Source: the human T2T-CHM13v2.0 reference genome, Homo sapiens
Reading direction: 5' to 3' (one strand)
NCBI RefSeq assembly: GCF_009914755.1
Contig: NC_060940.1
Length of the DNA stretch: 64,000 bases
In this document: positions 16,550 to 39,007 of the stretch, piece after piece
How the letters are laid out: every line of letters starts with the position of its first letter
How positions within the stretch are numbered: position 1 is the stretch's first letter
The notes under the pieces: generated by a model
Told to the model about the DNA's origin: nothing
The model's database searches: none
What the model saw: only the letters and a program-made list of their open reading frames with translations
Translations under genes and position numbers: made by a program

Positions 16550-17050
16550 TTCCCAGCTCTTTCTTCCGCTTTTTCTTGGGAATCTCACCTTTTCCAGTCT
16601 CAGTCCCTGTGGTCTGGGTGGAACACCTACATTCCTAGCTCTAAGGGCAGGCACATGGCTAGGGTGTGCCCAATCTGCATATTCCTGCCCCTTGGCCACT
16701 GTGATTGGCTCGGCAATAGGGATCTGACTTAATCAGAGCCAATGAAACGCAGCTCTGGGACTTTTATTGGAACTTCTGGGGAAATAGGTTTTGTCATTCC
16801 AACAAGAACTTGGGCCTGCTGGGGGCCAGAGTGCTACCACTAGTGCAGAGGCTGCCTGAGAATGACGCCAACCCAGAAGAACACCCAGGCCAGAGATGGA
16901 GGAAGATTCTGACAACCTCAGTTTAATCCTGCATCCAGCCGTGCCTGTGGCAGCATTATTTTTCAGTTACATAAGGCAATGAATTCCCTTTTCGGATTAA
17001 GCAGTTTGAGTGGGTTTCTGTCATTTGCAAACAAAAATCCTGACTAATAG
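16550..17050 (+). mobile_element. Old ERVL LTR (LTR16-like)
   Basis: ccactgtgattggctc...gccaatga; end gggtttctgtcatttgcaaacaaaaatcctgactaata. Confidence 0.55.
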
Positions 17051-17089
17051 ATCCCATCTGTAATTGAGGATAAAAACATTCCGACCTCA

Positions 17090-17779
<690 letters not shown>

Positions 17780-17891
17780 TCAAAAAAAAAAAAAAAAGAA
17801 GGTGAAATAGGGATTCACCATGGCCCTCTTTCCCAGACACTGTGCCCAGCTGCCCTGGCATGGAAAGGGGGCAGGTAGTGGGGCCACGCAC

Positions 17892-18063
17892 CTGCTTGGG
17901 GGGCTTGTGCCGATTATACTCCTCCCCCCAGAGCTTGGCCTCCATCTGTAGACGCACGTCCTCAAAGTACACATCCCGGTCTACGGGCTCGATGTAGCGC
18001 TTCGCCACGTAGTTGGAGGCGCCCTTCCACTGCTGGGCATGCAAGAAGTTGGAGAGCTTCTTC
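17892..18063 (-). CDS. EEF2K: eEF2K exon 6 (VAK170)
   Basis: KKLSNFLHAQQWKGASNYVAKRYIEP...HKPPKQ; 172 nt; AG/GT boundaries. Confidence 0.97.
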
Positions 18064-18522
18064 CTGTGGGAAGAGGCAACAGGGGGCCTACCTGGGTACT
18101 CTGGGGTTCACCAGGGACACAGCCCTGGTCCTCAGGACAGCAAGACCCTGTCTGATGTGGCTGGGTGGCTGGCAGCAGGAACAAAATGCAGGAGGTAAGA
18201 AGGACGTCCCCACCCCTCTGCATCCTTCAAAGAGCTGGGACAGGGGGATTAAAGGTCACTGTTAAAGGTCTCCTATCCCATTTCCCTTGACCTCCCAACA
18301 CCAGGGCAGAGGTAAGTGGGGTGTTCCCTGTTCTTCCTGAGCCCATCGTCACAGCCAGGCCCAATGTGTGGCCCGAGGGAGACTAGATGGACAGGAACCT
18401 GGGCTACAAGAAGGCAGAGGCCCCTGGCTCCATTCCTTGGCTGAAAATGTCCCAATGCCTCAGCTCTTAGGAGCCTGGGGGGACTCTGGGCAGGGCCCCA
18501 AGAGCCAGGCTGAGTCACTTAC

Positions 18523-18560
18523 GTCCGGAAGCACTCCCTCATTGCTCCTCGGCCGAAGGG
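18523..18560 (-). CDS. EEF2K: eEF2K exon 5 (Gly-rich loop)
   Basis: PFGRGAMRECFRT; tttcag|CCC ... AC|gtaagt; 38 nt. Confidence 0.96.
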
Positions 18561-19173
18561 CTGAAAGACACCACACAGAGTGTTATCAGTCCCCATGCCC
18601 CACCCAAAAGGGACCCTAAGACAGGAGGTGCTCCCCTTACATGCCACCTATCAAATGGGTGCCCTGGGCCTCATCTCAATCCTGAAATCCCTGGGGATCT
18701 CCCTTCTATGTCTCAGCACCAAAGCCATAGAGGCCTTCCAACCCAGAGGCTGCCAGGATGACAAGGAACCCCCATTCCTCCACCCCAGCTGAGGGGAAGA
18801 ATCCACGGGGGCAGGATGATGGGGGAGGGACAGTGCATCTCAGAGGACGTTTTCCCAGCCCTGACTGTAAGAGAAAAAAAGTGGAGATAACCTACGTGTC
18901 CAGCAACAATATACTGGAAAAATCAACCAGGTGTATTCCTTCAATGAAATACCATGCAGCGATGAAAACCAATGCAAAATGTTGACCAAAAGAACACCTG
19001 CAGCACCAGGAGCAGCGGCTTATGTCTGTAATCCCAGAATTTTGGGAGGCTGAGGCAAGAGGATCACTTGAGGCCAGGAGTTCAAGACCAGCCTGGGCAA
19101 CATAGCAAGACCTCCCTCTACAAATATTTTAAGGCTGGGCACAGTGGTTCATGCCTGTAATCCCAGCACTTTA

Positions 19174-19551
<378 letters not shown>

Positions 19552-19939
19552 CTACACCCCAGCCTGGGCAGCAGAGCAAGACCCTGTCTCTAAAAAAGAA
19601 TACCTGTTGTATGCCCCCACTTATATGAAGCAAAAAAATAGGCAAAAGTAATCTAGGGTGATAGAATTCAGAGGGGTGCTTACCCTGTGGGTATGGGAGG
19701 AGTGACTGAGAGGGGCTTGGCCAGGCTGGTTGCCTTCTGTTTGTTGATACGGGCCGATGTTAAGGCAGTGTGCTCATTTTGTGACAACTCAGCAAGCTGT
19801 ACACTTTTCTGTGTATATTGTATATTACACTAAAACAAAGTTTCATAAAGCAATCCTAACTTCAATATGCAGGGAATACTCTATTTTCTAGTCTTTTATC
19901 TTTTTTTTTTTTTCTTCAAAAGCCTTTTTTGTATTTTTA

Positions 19940-20059
<120 letters not shown>

Positions 20060-20398
20060 CTATAAAAAATAAAAAAATTAGCCAGGAGTGGTGGTGTGTA
20101 CTTGTGGTCCTGGCTACTTGGGAGGCTAAGGTGAGAGGATGGCTTGAGACCAGGAGGTCAAGGCTGCAGTGAGCTGTGACTGTGCCACTGTGCTCCTGGG
20201 CAATAGAGTGAGACCCTGTCTCAAAAAAAAAAAAAAAAAAATGCTGGCTACAACCAATAAATAAACAATAACAAAGAATCCCCCGAAGTTACAAAAATTA
20301 AATAAAGTGGGAGTGGGAGAGAAGGGTGCACAGACCAAAGTTAGCTGCAGAAAGTCTTTGCTCAGCCCTGTCCCCACGGGGCTCAACGCTCTGCTCAC

Positions 20399-20459
20399 CT
20401 GAGATGCCATCTTGATCAGAACTTCATCATCCAGCCATTCCCCGGTGACGGCGTTGTAC
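20399..20459 (-). CDS. EEF2K: eEF2K exon 4
   Basis: YNAVTGEWLDDEVLIKMASQ; ctgcag|G ... CAG|gtgagc; 61 nt. Confidence 0.97.
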
Positions 20460-21021
20460 CTGCAGAGACCCATCCACCATGGGGCACAGCGTCCATCACG
20501 TGGTCCTGTTTCTCACTGGCTAAAGGTCAAAGACCCTTCTGGGCTCCCCACTGACCTCAGAACCAACCCACTCTCCACCTTGGCCCATAGCCCAGCCAAC
20601 CTCCTGGGTTGGGTTGGAGACACTGTCCCTCCCTCCCACGTCCCAACACACTGGTCTCAATCCTTTCCTCAAACCCACTGTTCCCTCTCTACCATGTCCC
20701 CCATTTCCATATCCCCAGCACTCACTGCTGTGCTGTTTACTGGCTTGTTCTGCATCTGGGGCTCCCACTGGACTGTAACCCCACAAAAGCAGACCCATGT
20801 CTGTCTTAGTCACCAGGACCCAGTGTGTGTGGATGCTTAATAAATATACATGGCCGGACTTGGTGGTTCACGCCCGTAATCCCAGCACTTTGGGAGGCTG
20901 GGGCAGGCGGATCATGAGGTCAGGAGTTCGAGATCAGCCTGACCAACAAGGTGAAACTCTGCCTGCACTAAAAATACAAAAATTAGCCGAGCATGGTGGT
21001 GCATGCCTGTAATCCCAGCTA

Positions 21022-21229
<208 letters not shown>

Positions 21230-21339
21230 TCATAACTGGTCTCCGTAACAAACGGCATGGCCCAGGGAGGGGAGGTGGTGGTGGTGCCCTCGATCTTGCC
21301 AGGCAGCTGGGCACATCTCCCGAGAAGTAACAGCCGCAC

Positions 21340-22580
<1,241 letters not shown>

Positions 22581-22589
22581 ACCAGGTTG

Positions 22590-23410
<821 letters not shown>

Positions 23411-23824
23411 GGTTAAATTAAGTTTGTTTTTGTCACAGATAGGTGCATACCTAAGGCAGAGAGAGCTTGGAGAGGGTTCAGGGAACATTTCCATCTCTCC
23501 TTTCCCAGAGTAAATCAGCCCCTGGGCCTGGCCAGGCCTCACACAAGTTTGCCTGGTGGAAATCTCCTCAGCTCAATGGATCCCTAAAGTTTGAAACCTC
23601 CCTCCGGGCTGAGGTGTTCTTAACTCTAGTTGGAGGTTTCCCTTAGCGCACCTCTCAGCCGGGGCAGACTCCAGAACACCCCACCCTCGGTGAGAACAGG
23701 TTTCCCAGAGCCTGATGCCTCCACCGGGAAAAACAAGCAGAGGCCTGGCAGGTTAACCTCCCCTAGGCTCAGAGGGAGGAAAGCTCTCCAGAGCTGCACA
23801 GTTTGCACCGGCCCAGGGCAAGTA

Positions 23825-24262
23825 TAGTTGATGCTTGAATGACATGGGTTTGAAGTGCGTGGGTCTACTTATAAATGGACTTTCTTCAATCAATATATTG
23901 GAAAATGTTTCAGAGATTTGCAACAATTTTATTTTATTTTATTTTTGACATGGAGTGTTACTCTGACGCCCAGGTTGGAGTGCAGCAGTGCTATATCAGC
24001 TCACTGCAACCTCCACTTCCTGAGTTCAAGCGATTCTCCTGCCTCAGCCTCCTGAGTAGCTGGGATTACAGGTGCCAGCCACCACGCTTGGCTATGGCTA
24101 ATTTTTGTATTTTTAGTAGAGATGGGGTTTCACCATGTCGGCCAGGCTGGTCTTGAACTCCTGACCTCAAGTGATCTGCCCACCTCAGCCTCCCAAAGTG
24201 CTGGGATTACAGGTGAGAGCCACCTCACCCGGCCAGAGATCTGCAACAATTTAAAAAAACTA
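23825..24262 (+). mobile_element. Tigger2-like terminal fragment interrupted by an Alu
   Basis: agttgatgcttgaatgacatgggtttgaagtgcgtgggtctacttata; Alu TSD agagat(t/c)tgcaacaattt. Confidence 0.65.
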
Positions 24263-24483
24263 GCTCAGTCTAGCCTGTCTAATAGGTACCTTGTGAGAAC
24301 CACGAGAAGGATTCAGTGAGGTAATGCACCGGGCCTTAAGCACGCATTAGCATGCCAATATTAGCTGCTGTTATGATTACTCCCTTCCCCTGACCCCCAA
24401 GAGTACTTAGGCCTCACTGATTGGGAACAGAAGCTGGACGTATAGCCCCCAGGACTCCTCGAGACCCCACACAAGCTGCTGAC

Positions 24484-24584
24484 CTGTGTCGAGTAGCACG
24501 TTCGGTGGCAATATCTTCCAGGTGGAACTCAGCCCAGGGGTCGGGCATGTGCTTGGCCTTCTGGATTGCGTGCTTCCAGGCTTC
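24484..24584 (-). CDS. EEF2K: eEF2K exon 3 (calmodulin-binding region, W85, P98)
   Basis: EAWKHAIQKAKHMPDPWAEFHLEDIATERATRHR; ccacag|GAA ... CAG|gtcagc; 101 nt. Confidence 0.97.
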
Positions 24585-24879
24585 CTGTGGAAGGCAAAGG
24601 AGAAGGTAGGAACATCAGGCCCAGGTCAGGGGCTTTGGGGACAGCGTGGACTCCTCCTGCCCTGTTATTTCCTCTGGAGAGGCAGACAGTATCAGGACAG
24701 AGAGAGACTCCTGTCTAGTAGCCTTTCAGGAACACAGTCCCCAAAAGAACCTATCTGCACTCACAGGCACAGCCTCCCTGTGGGCAGAAATGGCACATCT
24801 TAACTACACAACGCTTGGATCAAAGAGTTGAGAATGAAAATAGGATACCATTCCCCCATTCAGGTTGGCTAACATTTCA

Positions 24880-24899
24880 TTATATATATATTATATAGG

Positions 24900-24946
<47 letters not shown>

Positions 24947-24985
24947 ACATATATAGAAACAGAATATAACGTATATATATATATA
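24880..24985. repeat. (TA)n/(CA)n compound microsatellite
   Basis: about 20 CA units flanked by TA runs. Confidence 0.9.
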
Positions 24986-24986
24986 G

Positions 24987-25205
<219 letters not shown>

Positions 25206-25238
25206 TGATCCACCCGCCTTGGCCTCCCAAAGTGCTGA

Positions 25239-25511
<273 letters not shown>

Positions 25512-25628
25512 TGATCCACCAGCCTCGGCCTCCCAAAGTGCTGGGATTACAGCAGGCTGGCAATTATTTTAATGAGATGAAACATTTTAGCGAGTGCTGG
25601 CCCGGATATCAGGGAACGGGTACCCTCA

Positions 25629-26049
<421 letters not shown>

Positions 26050-27452
26050 TTACTGCCCTATGTGAAATTCATAGATAACATAAATTTCTAAGCTCAGAGC
26101 TAGAACCATGCCAAAGATATGTTGCCTTTTTTATTTTTTATTTTTTTTTCAAGAGACGGGGTCTCACCCTGTCCCCAGGCCGGAGTGCAGTGGCATGATC
26201 ACGGCTCAGGTGATCCTCTCGCCTCAGCCTCCTGAGTAGCTAGGACCCCAGGCTGAGCCACCATACCTGGTTAATTTTTTAATTTTCTGTAGGGACAGGG
26301 TCTCACCATATTGCCCAGGCTGGTCTTGAACTTCAAGCGATCCTCCCACCTCAGCCTCCCAAAGGATACGCCGCCTTTACACATAACATAGCATTTAACT
26401 CTGGCCTCAGATAATTATGAAACGATTCCCATGAGCTGTTCCAAGATCTTGTGGGATGCAGGAAAATTCATCGTGCAGAACAGCCCTGTTTCAGGGTTGC
26501 TGGCATTCCCGGCCTTCCCTAACTCTATGCCAGCAGTGCCCACCACCCCATCATTATGATGGCCCAAAAGAACTCCCAAATCTATCAAAACCTATTGAGA
26601 GTAGCCAGGCATGGTGGCTCACGCCTGTAATCCCAGCACTTTGGGAGGCCGAGGCAGATGGATCATCCAAGGTCAGGAGCTCGAGACCAGCCTGGCCAAC
26701 GTGGTGAAACCCCGTCTCTACTTTAAAAAAAAAAAAAGCTGGGTGCATACGTGTAATCCCAGATACTCGGGAGGCTGAGGCAGGAAAATCGCTTGAACCA
26801 GGAGGTGGAGGTTGCAGTGAATGGAGATCAGGCCACTGCACTCCAGCCTGGGTGACAGAGCAAGACTCTGTACCCAAAAAAAAGAGTCCAGCTTCCCAAG
26901 GACTCAGCCCAAACAGGGCTTCACCTCATCCCCAGCACTGGGTCCTGCTCAAAATAGAAGCAGCTCAGGCAGTGGAGCTGGGCCTTCCAATACACACACA
27001 CAGAGCCCAGGCCTCTCACTCTCTCTAGGGCTTTCTTTTGTTTTTGGGTTTTTGTTTTGTTTTTTAAATAGGAATAAGGTCTCTCTCTGTTGTCCAGGCT
27101 ACGTGGTGGTAGTGTGATCATAGCTCTCTGCAACCTCAAAACTCCTGGGCTCAAGCGATCTTCCTGCCTCAGCCTCCTGAGTAGCTGGGACTACACTTGT
27201 GTGTCACCATGCCCAGCTAATTTTTTTATTTTTATTTTTATTTTGCAGAGACCGGGTTGCACTACGTTTGTTGCCCAGGCTGGTCTCGAACTCCTGGCCT
27301 CAAGTGATCCTCCTGCCTCAACCTCCCAAGGAACTAGGATTACAGAGATGAGCTGCTGCACCTAGCCTGCTGGGGCTTTTTTACCTCTGCAGAGTTCAAA
27401 AAATAAAGCCTGTAATTCTTTTCTTCTATTTTGGTAGCTAATTTAGACTTAA

Positions 27453-27764
<312 letters not shown>

Positions 27765-28209
27765 TAGTCTCGAACTCCTGACCTCAGGTGATCCACCCGC
27801 CTTGGCCTCCCAAAGTGCTGGGATTACAGGCGTGGCCACCTTGCCCGGCCTACATGCATTTTTTAATAAGATTGGTATCATACCATAAAATATAATTCAC
27901 CTCCTTACAGAAGAGTGGGTCAATGGGATTTTGTGCTTTATTTAGTGATCTCAATTTTTTTTTCTGATTCCAAAGTATGATCCACATCACATAAAAACTG
28001 CAAGCACTATAGAACTCTGAATTAGAAAGCGGAAGTCCTCCCTAATCCACTTCCTCTGAAAACCACAGCTGACAGTTGATGTAGACATTCTGCAAAATTT
28101 TTTCCTATGCCTCTGTGAACATAAACACATATTTAAGAGCAGTTTAGGCCGGGCGCGGTGGCTCACACCTGTAATCCCAGCACTTTGGGAGGCTGAGGCA
28201 GGCAGATCA

Positions 28210-28623
<414 letters not shown>

Positions 28624-29114
28624 CTAACCTCCAATTGAATAATGTTTGGGTTCCCTCCAACATTTCCTAGTACAAACAGTGCTGAAGTGAACATCTTCCT
28701 ATCCAAATCTTGGGCGCTTGTGCAAGATCTCAGTAGTACATATTTTTTGGGAAATGTAACTGCTGGATCACATTTAAAATCTAGAAATGACTGAGTTCTC
28801 TGCCAAAAAATTTATCCCAAGTTATACTCCAAGAAGCAGTAAACAAATCACTAAAATTCTTTTGGCACAGACAGTACATCAGATAACTATAAAATTTATA
28901 AGTTATTTGCATCCTGCTTTAATAGTTGCATAATAATCTACTGTATAACTTTTTTGTTATTGACTTGATTATTCACCTGTTGCTCTCCACTGTTAGACTT
29001 CAAGCTTGTCACTGATTGCTCCCTGTTGTAAATAACCCCACAGCAGACATGTGTATGTCTAAAACATTTTTCTGAATTTCGGTCCCTGTACCTTTTTTTT
29101 TTTTTTTTTTTTGA

Positions 29115-29557
<443 letters not shown>

Positions 29558-29560
29558 TAA

Positions 29561-29896
<336 letters not shown>

Positions 29897-32002
29897 TAAG
29901 CCACTAACAGGGACCGTCCCCATTCAGTGAAGATTAGCAACAGAAATTACCTCCTGGCTGGATGCCGTGGCACCAACCACAAAACAGGGAGGAAAGTACT
30001 GCAGAATTAGAGGGTGTGGTATTTCATAGAATAAAAATTACCTTTTTTCCAAACCCAGAACAGAGTCATGCCAGACCTTATTGGCAACAGGTGGGATTAA
30101 TGCAACTGACTTTTTTTTTTTTAATAAGCACAGTATAAAAAGTACTGTACTAACATTCATGTCCCTGACTCTGGTTCCAGCTTACTGACTGGCTGTGGGA
30201 ACCTCCATTTCCTTGTTTACAAACAAGGATGAAGAAGGTTTTGGCTGCTGGTGGTCCACTTTTTTGTGGCCCCTGCACCCAGGGTAGACACACTCCCACC
30301 AAAAACAGTGGCTCACTGGGGTGGCAGTGCTTATTATGGGTGACTCCTGCTGGAGCTACAAATCACCAGTAATGTTACCATCAGGTGGGGAATGGAAGCA
30401 GGTACTGCCATCTTTGAGAGCCACCTGGCAGTGGCTATGAACCTTCTTCTGCACCGACTTCTGACCCAGCCATTCCTATCACCTACCCAGGTGTGTCCAG
30501 GTAAGCTGGTCCAAGGATGATCAGTGCTTTTTTTTTTTTTTTTTTTCCTTTTTTCTTTTTTTTTGAGACCAGGTATTTATTACTTTGTTGCCTAGGCTGA
30601 AGTGCAGTGGTGGGATCATAGCTCACTGAAGCCTCCAACTCCTGGGCTCAACGAATCTTCTCAACTCAGCCTCCCAGGTAGCTGGGACTATGGGTGCTCA
30701 CCATCATGCCCAGCTAATTTAAAAAATTGTGTGTGTGTAGAGATGACAGTCTCTCTATGTTGTCCAGGGTGGTCTTGAACTCTAGCCTCAAGGTCAGCAC
30801 TTATAATGCCATAATGATCAGGCAGTACAAACTGCCCATCTGTAGGGGGATGATCACATACACTTGGTATACTCAAAATAAGATGCTAGCACGGGTGATC
30901 TTTGTATTCCCCCCGGGCAGGGAGTGGGGGACGTGGTCTCACTCTGTCGTCCAGGCTGGAGTGCAGTGGCGCCATCTCTGCTCACTGCAACCTCCGTCTC
31001 CTGGGTTCAAGCAATTTTGTCTCAGCTGCCTGAGTATCTGGGATTACAGGTGAGTGCCACCACACCCGGCTAATTTTTGTATTTTTAGTAGAGATCAGGT
31101 TTCACCATATTGGTCAGGCTGGTCTTGAACTCCTGGCCTCAGGTGATCCACTCACCTTGGCCTCCCAAAGTGCTGAGATTACAGGCGTGAGCCACCGCAC
31201 CCAGCATGGGCAATTTCTAAGACCTATTGTTTAGGGGGGAAAAAAGCAAGTTACAGAACAATACAAACACTATGATACCACTTACTGGTGGCGGAAACCC
31301 ACAAATCAATACCATGGATTTTCTAAGGATGTGTGTGTCTGTAGACATACACACAAATGTATACTTATATGCAAATGCACAAAAAGAGGTCTGAAAAGTA
31401 ATTTATATGAAACTAATATAATTCTTATCTCTGGGAATAGAAAGGGATAAGAAGTTGCTCAAAGAGACCTCAGTTTATCTATGTTGTTTGCATTCTTTTT
31501 ACAATGAGAATGTATTTAGGTAATGCCTGTGTAAATCAAAGTTAAGAAACAAAAATTACTGGGTTAGACGAGTTTTCTTCTTTTCTTTTTTTTTTTGAGA
31601 CAGGGTTTCACTCTGTTGCGCAGCCTGCAGTGCAGTAATGGAATCATGGCTCACTGAAACCTCAACCTCCACCTCAACCTCCCGGGTAGCTGGGCCTATG
31701 GGCACACGCCACCACGCCTGGCTAATTTTTTGTATTTTTGTAGAGACAGAGTTTCACCATGTTGCCCAGGCTGGTCTCAAACTCCCGGACTCAAGTGATC
31801 CACCTGTCTTGGCCTCCCAAAGTGCTGGGATTACAGACATAAGCCACTGCGCCTGGCCAGGTTAGATGATTCTTAAGGCCGTGCCAGCTCTAATATCCTC
31901 TATTTCTAAGGATTCCGGAACTCAGTTGTTGAGTAGGTTAATTAATCTTACATAGAACAGAGGGCTATGGGCCGGGTGTGGTGGCTCATGCCTGTAATCC
32001 TA

Positions 32003-32647
<645 letters not shown>

Positions 32648-33228
32648 TTACAGTCACTTCATGTTATAAAATCATTTTTTTCCCCATCATCACTTCTGCA
32701 GACTTTATGAAATACAGCTCAGAAGTCTAGGCAACATTGCGAAACCCTGCCTCTACTACAAATACAAAAAATTAGCCAGGCATGGTGCCATGCGCCTGTA
32801 GTAATAGCTACTCAGGAGGCTGAGGTGGAAGGATCACCTGAACCTGGGAAGTCGAGGCAAAAAAAAAAAAAAAGAAATACAACTCAGAGACAGCCCAACT
32901 ACTCTCCCCTCCTGCAGAGCAGTAATGGGCTTAACCAAACTCAAGGGCTCAAATAAAAGAAGCGGGAAGAAGTGGGGGAACACAGTGAGGCTCTGGAATG
33001 GAAAGAGACCAACAGTGGTGTGTAGAGGCCACAATCTATGCCACATGCACTTAGAGGTTTGGTACAATTATCAGTGGAACCCAGCATGGAATACAGCAGC
33101 AAAAAACTGGAAACCAGGCACAGTGGTCATGCCTGTGATCCCAGCAATTTGGGAGGCCAAGGCAGGAGGATCACTTGACACTTGGAGTTCCAGAGCAGCC
33201 TGGGCAGCATAGCAAGACCCCATTTCTA

Positions 33229-33390
<162 letters not shown>

Positions 33391-33555
33391 CTATCTCTTA
33401 AAAAACAAACAAACTGGCCAGACGCGGTGGCTCACGCCTGTAGTCTCAACACTTTGGGAGGCTGAGGCAGGCAGATCACCTGACGTCAGGAGTTCGAGAC
33501 CAGCCTGACCAACATGGAGAAACCCCATCTCCACTAAAAAATGCAAAATTAGTCA

Positions 33556-33696
<141 letters not shown>

Positions 33697-33933
33697 TCAA
33701 AAACAAACAAACGTGGAAACTGCCTAAGTATCCCACAAGAGGCAATGCTTAAAGAAACTGTGGTGTAGCCATACAATGGGCTGACAGAGCCATCAAGACA
33801 CTACATCCATATTTACTGATCTGAAAAGACATGATGATTTCTTGCTTGCCGAAAAAAACTGGTTACTGAAGACATATATAGCATGATTCTACAGTAGCAA
33901 CAAAATGTCCATATTTGTGTATATTTAAAGTGA

Positions 33934-34192
<259 letters not shown>

Positions 34193-34208
34193 TAATCCCA
34201 GCTACTCA

Positions 34209-34766
<558 letters not shown>

Positions 34767-35470
34767 TAGCTGGGACTACAGTCTCACACCACCACGCCCA
34801 GATAATTTTTGTATTTTTAGTAGAGATGAAGTTTCACCATATTGGTCAGGCTGGTCTCCAACTCCTGACCTCAGGTGATCCACCAGCCTCGGCCTCCCAA
34901 GGCAATCATTATTCTTTGATCATGCTGTTAGAGCTGCCCTCAGTGGGTTACAAGTATGAGTGTAATCACCAAAGTTGGCCAAATAAGGGCATGGGAAGCA
35001 GGTGTACCCACCCATCATGGGGGGCACACACGATGGTGTAACCTCTTTGAGGAGCAACCGACAACACCTATCCCAGTTTAAACACACAAACGTTTTGCCT
35101 AGCCAGTTCACCTCTGGGGGGGGTCCTCTGGTGGGCACGCCCATTCATGGGTGCAAAGACACATGCACAAGGAAGTGCTGTTTGTGGCAGGACAAGACTG
35201 GAAATAACCTACATACCCTACAAGGAGGGGCTGGCTACATTTATTATGGTGCTTCCAACAATGAAATGATATTCAGCCATTAAATAACCAACAACAGGCT
35301 GGGCATGGTGGTGCATGCCTGTGGTCCCAGCTACTCGGGAGGCTGAGGTGGGAGGATCACTTGAGCCCAGGATTTCAATGCAGTGAGCTATGATCACACC
35401 ACTGCACTTCTGCCTGGGCAACCCTATCTCAAAAGAAATTTTTTTAAATAAGGTGATCTATGTGTATTGA

Positions 35471-35695
<225 letters not shown>

Positions 35696-36854
35696 TAGTA
35701 GAGACGGGGTTTCACCATGTTGGCCAGGGTGGTCTCGAACTCCTGACCTCAAGTGATCTACCTGCCTCGGCCGCCAAAAGTCCTAGGATTACAGACATGA
35801 GCCAGTGCACCTGGCTGAAAATAATATTTAAAAATAAAATTTCCCACCTTAATAACAAATTAAAAACATGTATTTGCTCCCTATGCTTATTCTAGAAAAT
35901 GTAGAAATGACAGAGAAGGAGAAAAGGAACACAGTCCCTCCTAATCCAATCCAAAGACAATTCCTGCTGCCCTGGTGATGTGCTTCCCCTCAGGCCTTGG
36001 CTGTATGTGTACGTGCGAGTTTCACAGAGCTATAATCATGCTGTATTCTTTTTAGATTTAACTCTGGAGCAGAGGCACTTTCCCACGTTATCATAAACTC
36101 TATAAACATCTTTGGATGACTGCCTGATATTCTATGGAGAGGGCGGCCCCCTGAATGGTTCTGCCACGTCTCCACGGGAGCTTGGGCAGAAGGCTGGGCT
36201 TGACAGCGATAGAATCTGACCTTTCACAATCCACACCCAATACCTGCTGGGTGTGTTCCTTGGAGGGAGGCCAGCGGGCCATTTTGGTTAAACAATCCAA
36301 GTTTCCAGGTCACAGTGCGTTAAAAAAAAAACCACTTAGGTTTATGGGATGCTGAGGGAACAAAGGTTGGAAAGCTGAGCTGTTGTCTCCCTCTGAAGCC
36401 ACCCCTGGCAACACTAACCCAACAGAGCCTGCTTTCGATAACCTAGAAAGTAAGCAATGAAGTGCCAACTCCCGTCCACACACAGTCAAACATTTTATCA
36501 AGTCCTACTACGCAGGACCAAGGGAATGGAGGTCGCATCAGACACAACCCTACTCTTGCAGTCAGGTGCTGACTCAAACAAAGAACGACACTGGAGAATG
36601 ACTCACACACATAAAGGTCTGCTAAGAGCCCCACGGAAGGCAGAGCAGAAAGCCTGGAAAGGTTGTCTTCAATCTGGGCTCTGGGCCAGGCTCAATCGCT
36701 TATGCTTGTAATCCCAACACTTTGGGAAGCTGAGGCAGGAGGACTGCTTGAGGCCAGGAGTTCAAGACCAGCCTGGGCAACGTAATGAGACCCCATCGTT
36801 CCAAAAAAAAATTAAGAAGTTGGCCAAGTGTGGTGGTGCACGCCTGTGGTCTCA

Positions 36855-37040
<186 letters not shown>

Positions 37041-37189
37041 TCAGTTGAAAGAAATTTTATAAGGCAGAGGTGTGAAAAAGGGAAGCCCATTCCAGGAGCT
37101 TCCAGATGTGTGTGAGTGGAGGGGATGAACAGAGCCTAGAAAGGTCCTGGAGCGGAGGGACCTAGAAGACACTCCCATCCTGGTGATGA

Positions 37190-37333
<144 letters not shown>

Positions 37334-37917
37334 TAGCTGGGATTACAGGCATGTGCCACCATGCCTGGCTAATTTTTGTATTTTTAGTAGTGACAGGGTA
37401 TCACCATGTAGGTCAGGCTGGTCTCAAACTCCTGACCTCGTGATCCACCTGCCCCAGCCTCCCAAAGTGCTGGGATTACAGGTGTGAGCCACCGTGCCCG
37501 GCCAGAAGTGATGAGTTTTGAGGAGGGGGTATTTATCAATGTATTTGAGGAAGAGGAAGTTACCTGGTTATTTTACTTTATTTTTCTTAACAACATCTTT
37601 TTCTCCACATAAGTGATACATATGTGTAACTTTAAAAGTTTAAAATGTTTAAAAAATATACAAAGCCCCCCTTTAATGGTACCTCTCCCATAGAGAGAAC
37701 TGCCACTAACTGCTGGGTGCAAACTTCCCCTTCAAATGGTTTTTGCTATGCAGATACCAATATATATGTATATACATTTTTAATAAAAATAGGATCAGGT
37801 CGGGCGTGGTGGCTCATGCCTGTAATCCCAGCACTTTGGGAGGTCGAGGTGGGTGGATCACGAGGTCAGGAGTTCAAGACCAGCCTGGCCAACGTGGTGA
37901 AACCCCCGTCTCTACTA

Positions 37918-38247
<330 letters not shown>

Positions 38248-38779
38248 CTATATGTAATAGTAGGCACTGTTTTAGAGTGAAATCATGGCCAGGCGTGGTG
38301 GCTCACTCCTGTAATCCCCCTTTGGGAAGCTGAAGTGGGATGATTGTTTGAGCCCAGGAGTTCAAGACCAGCCTAAGCAACATAGTATGAGACCCTCTCT
38401 CTACAAAAAAATGTAAAACAATAACAACAACAAAAAAGGTCAAATCACATAGAATCATCTTCATCTTTGGACTAGCCTGGGTAACATAGTAAGACCTCAT
38501 ATCTACAAAAAATTTTTTTAAAAATCAGCTAGGCATGGTGGCATGTACCTGTGGTCCTAGCTACTCAGAAGGCTGAGGTGTGAGGATTGCTTGAGCTCAG
38601 GAGTTCAAGGCAGCAATGAGCTATGATCATGTCACTGCACTCCAGCCTGGGTGACAGAGTAAGACCGTGTCTCTAAGAAAAAAGAAAAGAAGAAGAAAAG
38701 GCTGGGCATGTCGGCTCATGCCTGTAATCCCAGTACTTTGGGAAGCTGAGGCGGGCGGATCACTTGAGGCCAAGAGTTA

Positions 38780-39007
<228 letters not shown>

